Assembly: GCF_036321535.1 (NCBI RefSeq)
Contig: NC_087437.1
Coordinates: 111,540,001-111,604,000, forward strand
Direction: 5' to 3'
DNA length: 64,000 nt
Source of the DNA: Camelus dromedarius
Taxonomy: Eukaryota
Every line of letters begins with the position of its first letter. The first letter of the stretch is position 1. Below are positions 62,253-64,000 of the stretch, piece after piece. The translations under genes and the position numbers were made by a program. The notes beneath the pieces were generated by a model, which saw nothing but the letters and a program-made list of their open reading frames with translations, had not been told where the DNA came from and ran no database searches.

Positions 62253-64000
62253 CTGGAAGAAAAAGAGTTAAATCCACCAATGTCTTGCGGCCGCGCTGGT
62301 GGACACAGGTCGCCAGGGCCCTGGCCCTCCCCGGGTCGCACACAGGGAAGGCCACAGGAGCCCAGCGGACTGTGCACTGTGCAGACATGGCCCGGGGACC
62401 CTGTCCCCTTGACCTACAGATTTGACCTCAGCAGTCACCCTGAAGGCGGTTACTAAATAAAGCAGGAGTCTAGTAGTCAGCCTTAAGTTTTGTTTCACTG
62501 CTTGTTTTGGGAAGTCTCCTCTGACAACCGCTCAGCTCACACGGATTATCCCGACGCAGCAGCAACAATTCAGAGCCCACCAGAAGCCGACCAGCCTGTG
62601 AGAAGCACTTCACACCAGGTGGAGGGTGACAGGCAGAGGCTCCAGGAACCGGAGCAGGAACAGCTGCCTCCAGGCTCGGAGCGCAGCCCCATCACAGGCC
62701 TCCCACATCCAGACTCTCTACCTGGATTCAGAACGACAGCCAGGCGGGCCTTCAAGGTCTGAACTCACTGCAGAGTCTGAATAAGGTTCAAGAACCCGTG
62801 CTGCTACCAAAAGGGGGGAAGGCTGGGCCCAGCTGGTTGCAGTGTGTCCTGGGCCAGCAGCAGTGAGGGCATCTCCTGGGCATTTGGAGACACGTTCAAT
62901 CTCAGGGTCCAACCAGACCGACACCATCAGCTCCAGGTGATTCCCTAGGGCAGGGAAGTCCTGGGAGCACCGGCTGGGATACTGGACCTTCAAAGCCAGG
63001 TAGAAACAATAAGGTTTTCTGATGTACTTTTAGTTTAATAACACCCATCCCCCCAGCCGTCCAGTTAGCTGGGGGCTCATTTCACATGTTCACTGTACAC
63101 TAAAGAAGCACTATGCTAAATGTCCTAAACCAGGAATGACTCCCAACCCATCACCACTTCAAAGGCAGGACCCAAACAGGTGTTCACACATACACCCACC
63201 GGCTTAGAGCACAAGGCTCACCCAACAGCCTGAGACCCTGTCTCCAAACAGTTTCTTGTTTCCTGTTTCTAAAATAACTTCACTCTTTTCTTTCCGATTC
63301 TAAAATGTATGCTATTAAAATTTTGCAGATAATACCATAAAGAATAAAAGAAAAATGTCATTAGAAAAAAACCCCACACACTCGTAACTCCACCCCCAGA
63401 CACACCTGTCACTGGTGTCACTCATATGAACACACTGTCAGCACAGAAAGGGCCGCCGACGGGAAGGCAGAGCTGCGGCTTCCCCTCTGATGGCCACACA
63501 CGGGCCTGCACAGGATGGTAGCATCCGCAGGACAGAAGGCTGTGTCCTCTACCCAGAGGACGGAGCACATCCTAGGGGCACAACCCCTCTCCCGTGGAAC
63601 AGGAGTGTGCAAGGGGGCGAGACAGCCTCTCTAGCCCAGACTGCCCGGCGTCAGCTCGAAGGGGACCCTGAATGCAGCCAGGGGAGTTATCTTCCTCCCA
63701 GGAGGAGGCAGCACCAGACAACCTCCTCTCAATTCCACTTCCTTGCAGGTCCCTTGAGATAAAATATTTGGTGTCTCTCACAAAACAGCTGGGCCAGCCA
63801 CCTGGGACCTAACTTTGGTTATTAGGGTTTGGCAACAGAACAAAAGGCCTTCCTGCCTGGTCCCACCCAGGCCTCCTTCTCTTGACCCTGCACCCCCTCA
63901 CCAGCTGCTCTCAGCACAAACCCTGGACAGGTATCAAAAAATGCTCCATCCCACCGCACAATCCGAGGAGTGTGCACCACTTTGCAGAAACGGCCCCATC

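Noticed and set aside
22275..64000. Intronic snoRNA (human URB1 hosts SNORA80A)
   Set aside because: No matching sequence recognised. As recalled, it lies in a 5' intron outside this window. An Infernal/Rfam scan would settle it.

Overview
Mammalian genomic DNA, very probably a camelid, judged by three copies of a short tRNA-Ala-derived SINE resembling the camelid Vic/Vic-1 family. The window holds two convergent genes. MRAP (melanocortin-2 receptor accessory protein) is on the + strand with three coding exons (4934-5039, 17338-17437, 19728-20001; 159 aa). The 3' part of URB1 (ribosome biogenesis factor, Npa1 homologue) is on the - strand with 29 phase-consistent GT-AG coding exons from 62252 down to the stop at 22045 (5529 nt, 1842 aa plus stop); its 5' exons lie beyond the window. 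Introns and flanks carry ordinary L1, MIR, MLT1/MLT2, MER and SINE repeats. I see no evidence of a wholly new biological system. The most interesting points concern the MRAP/URB1 junction: an apparent remnant of the human MRAP-beta terminal exon inside the URB1 3' UTR that would give a 69-aa minimal MRAP, a 13-nt insertion truncating the MRAP-alpha tail, and back-to-back polyA signals. Comparisons with human proteins and repeat consensuses are from memory and need alignment to confirm.
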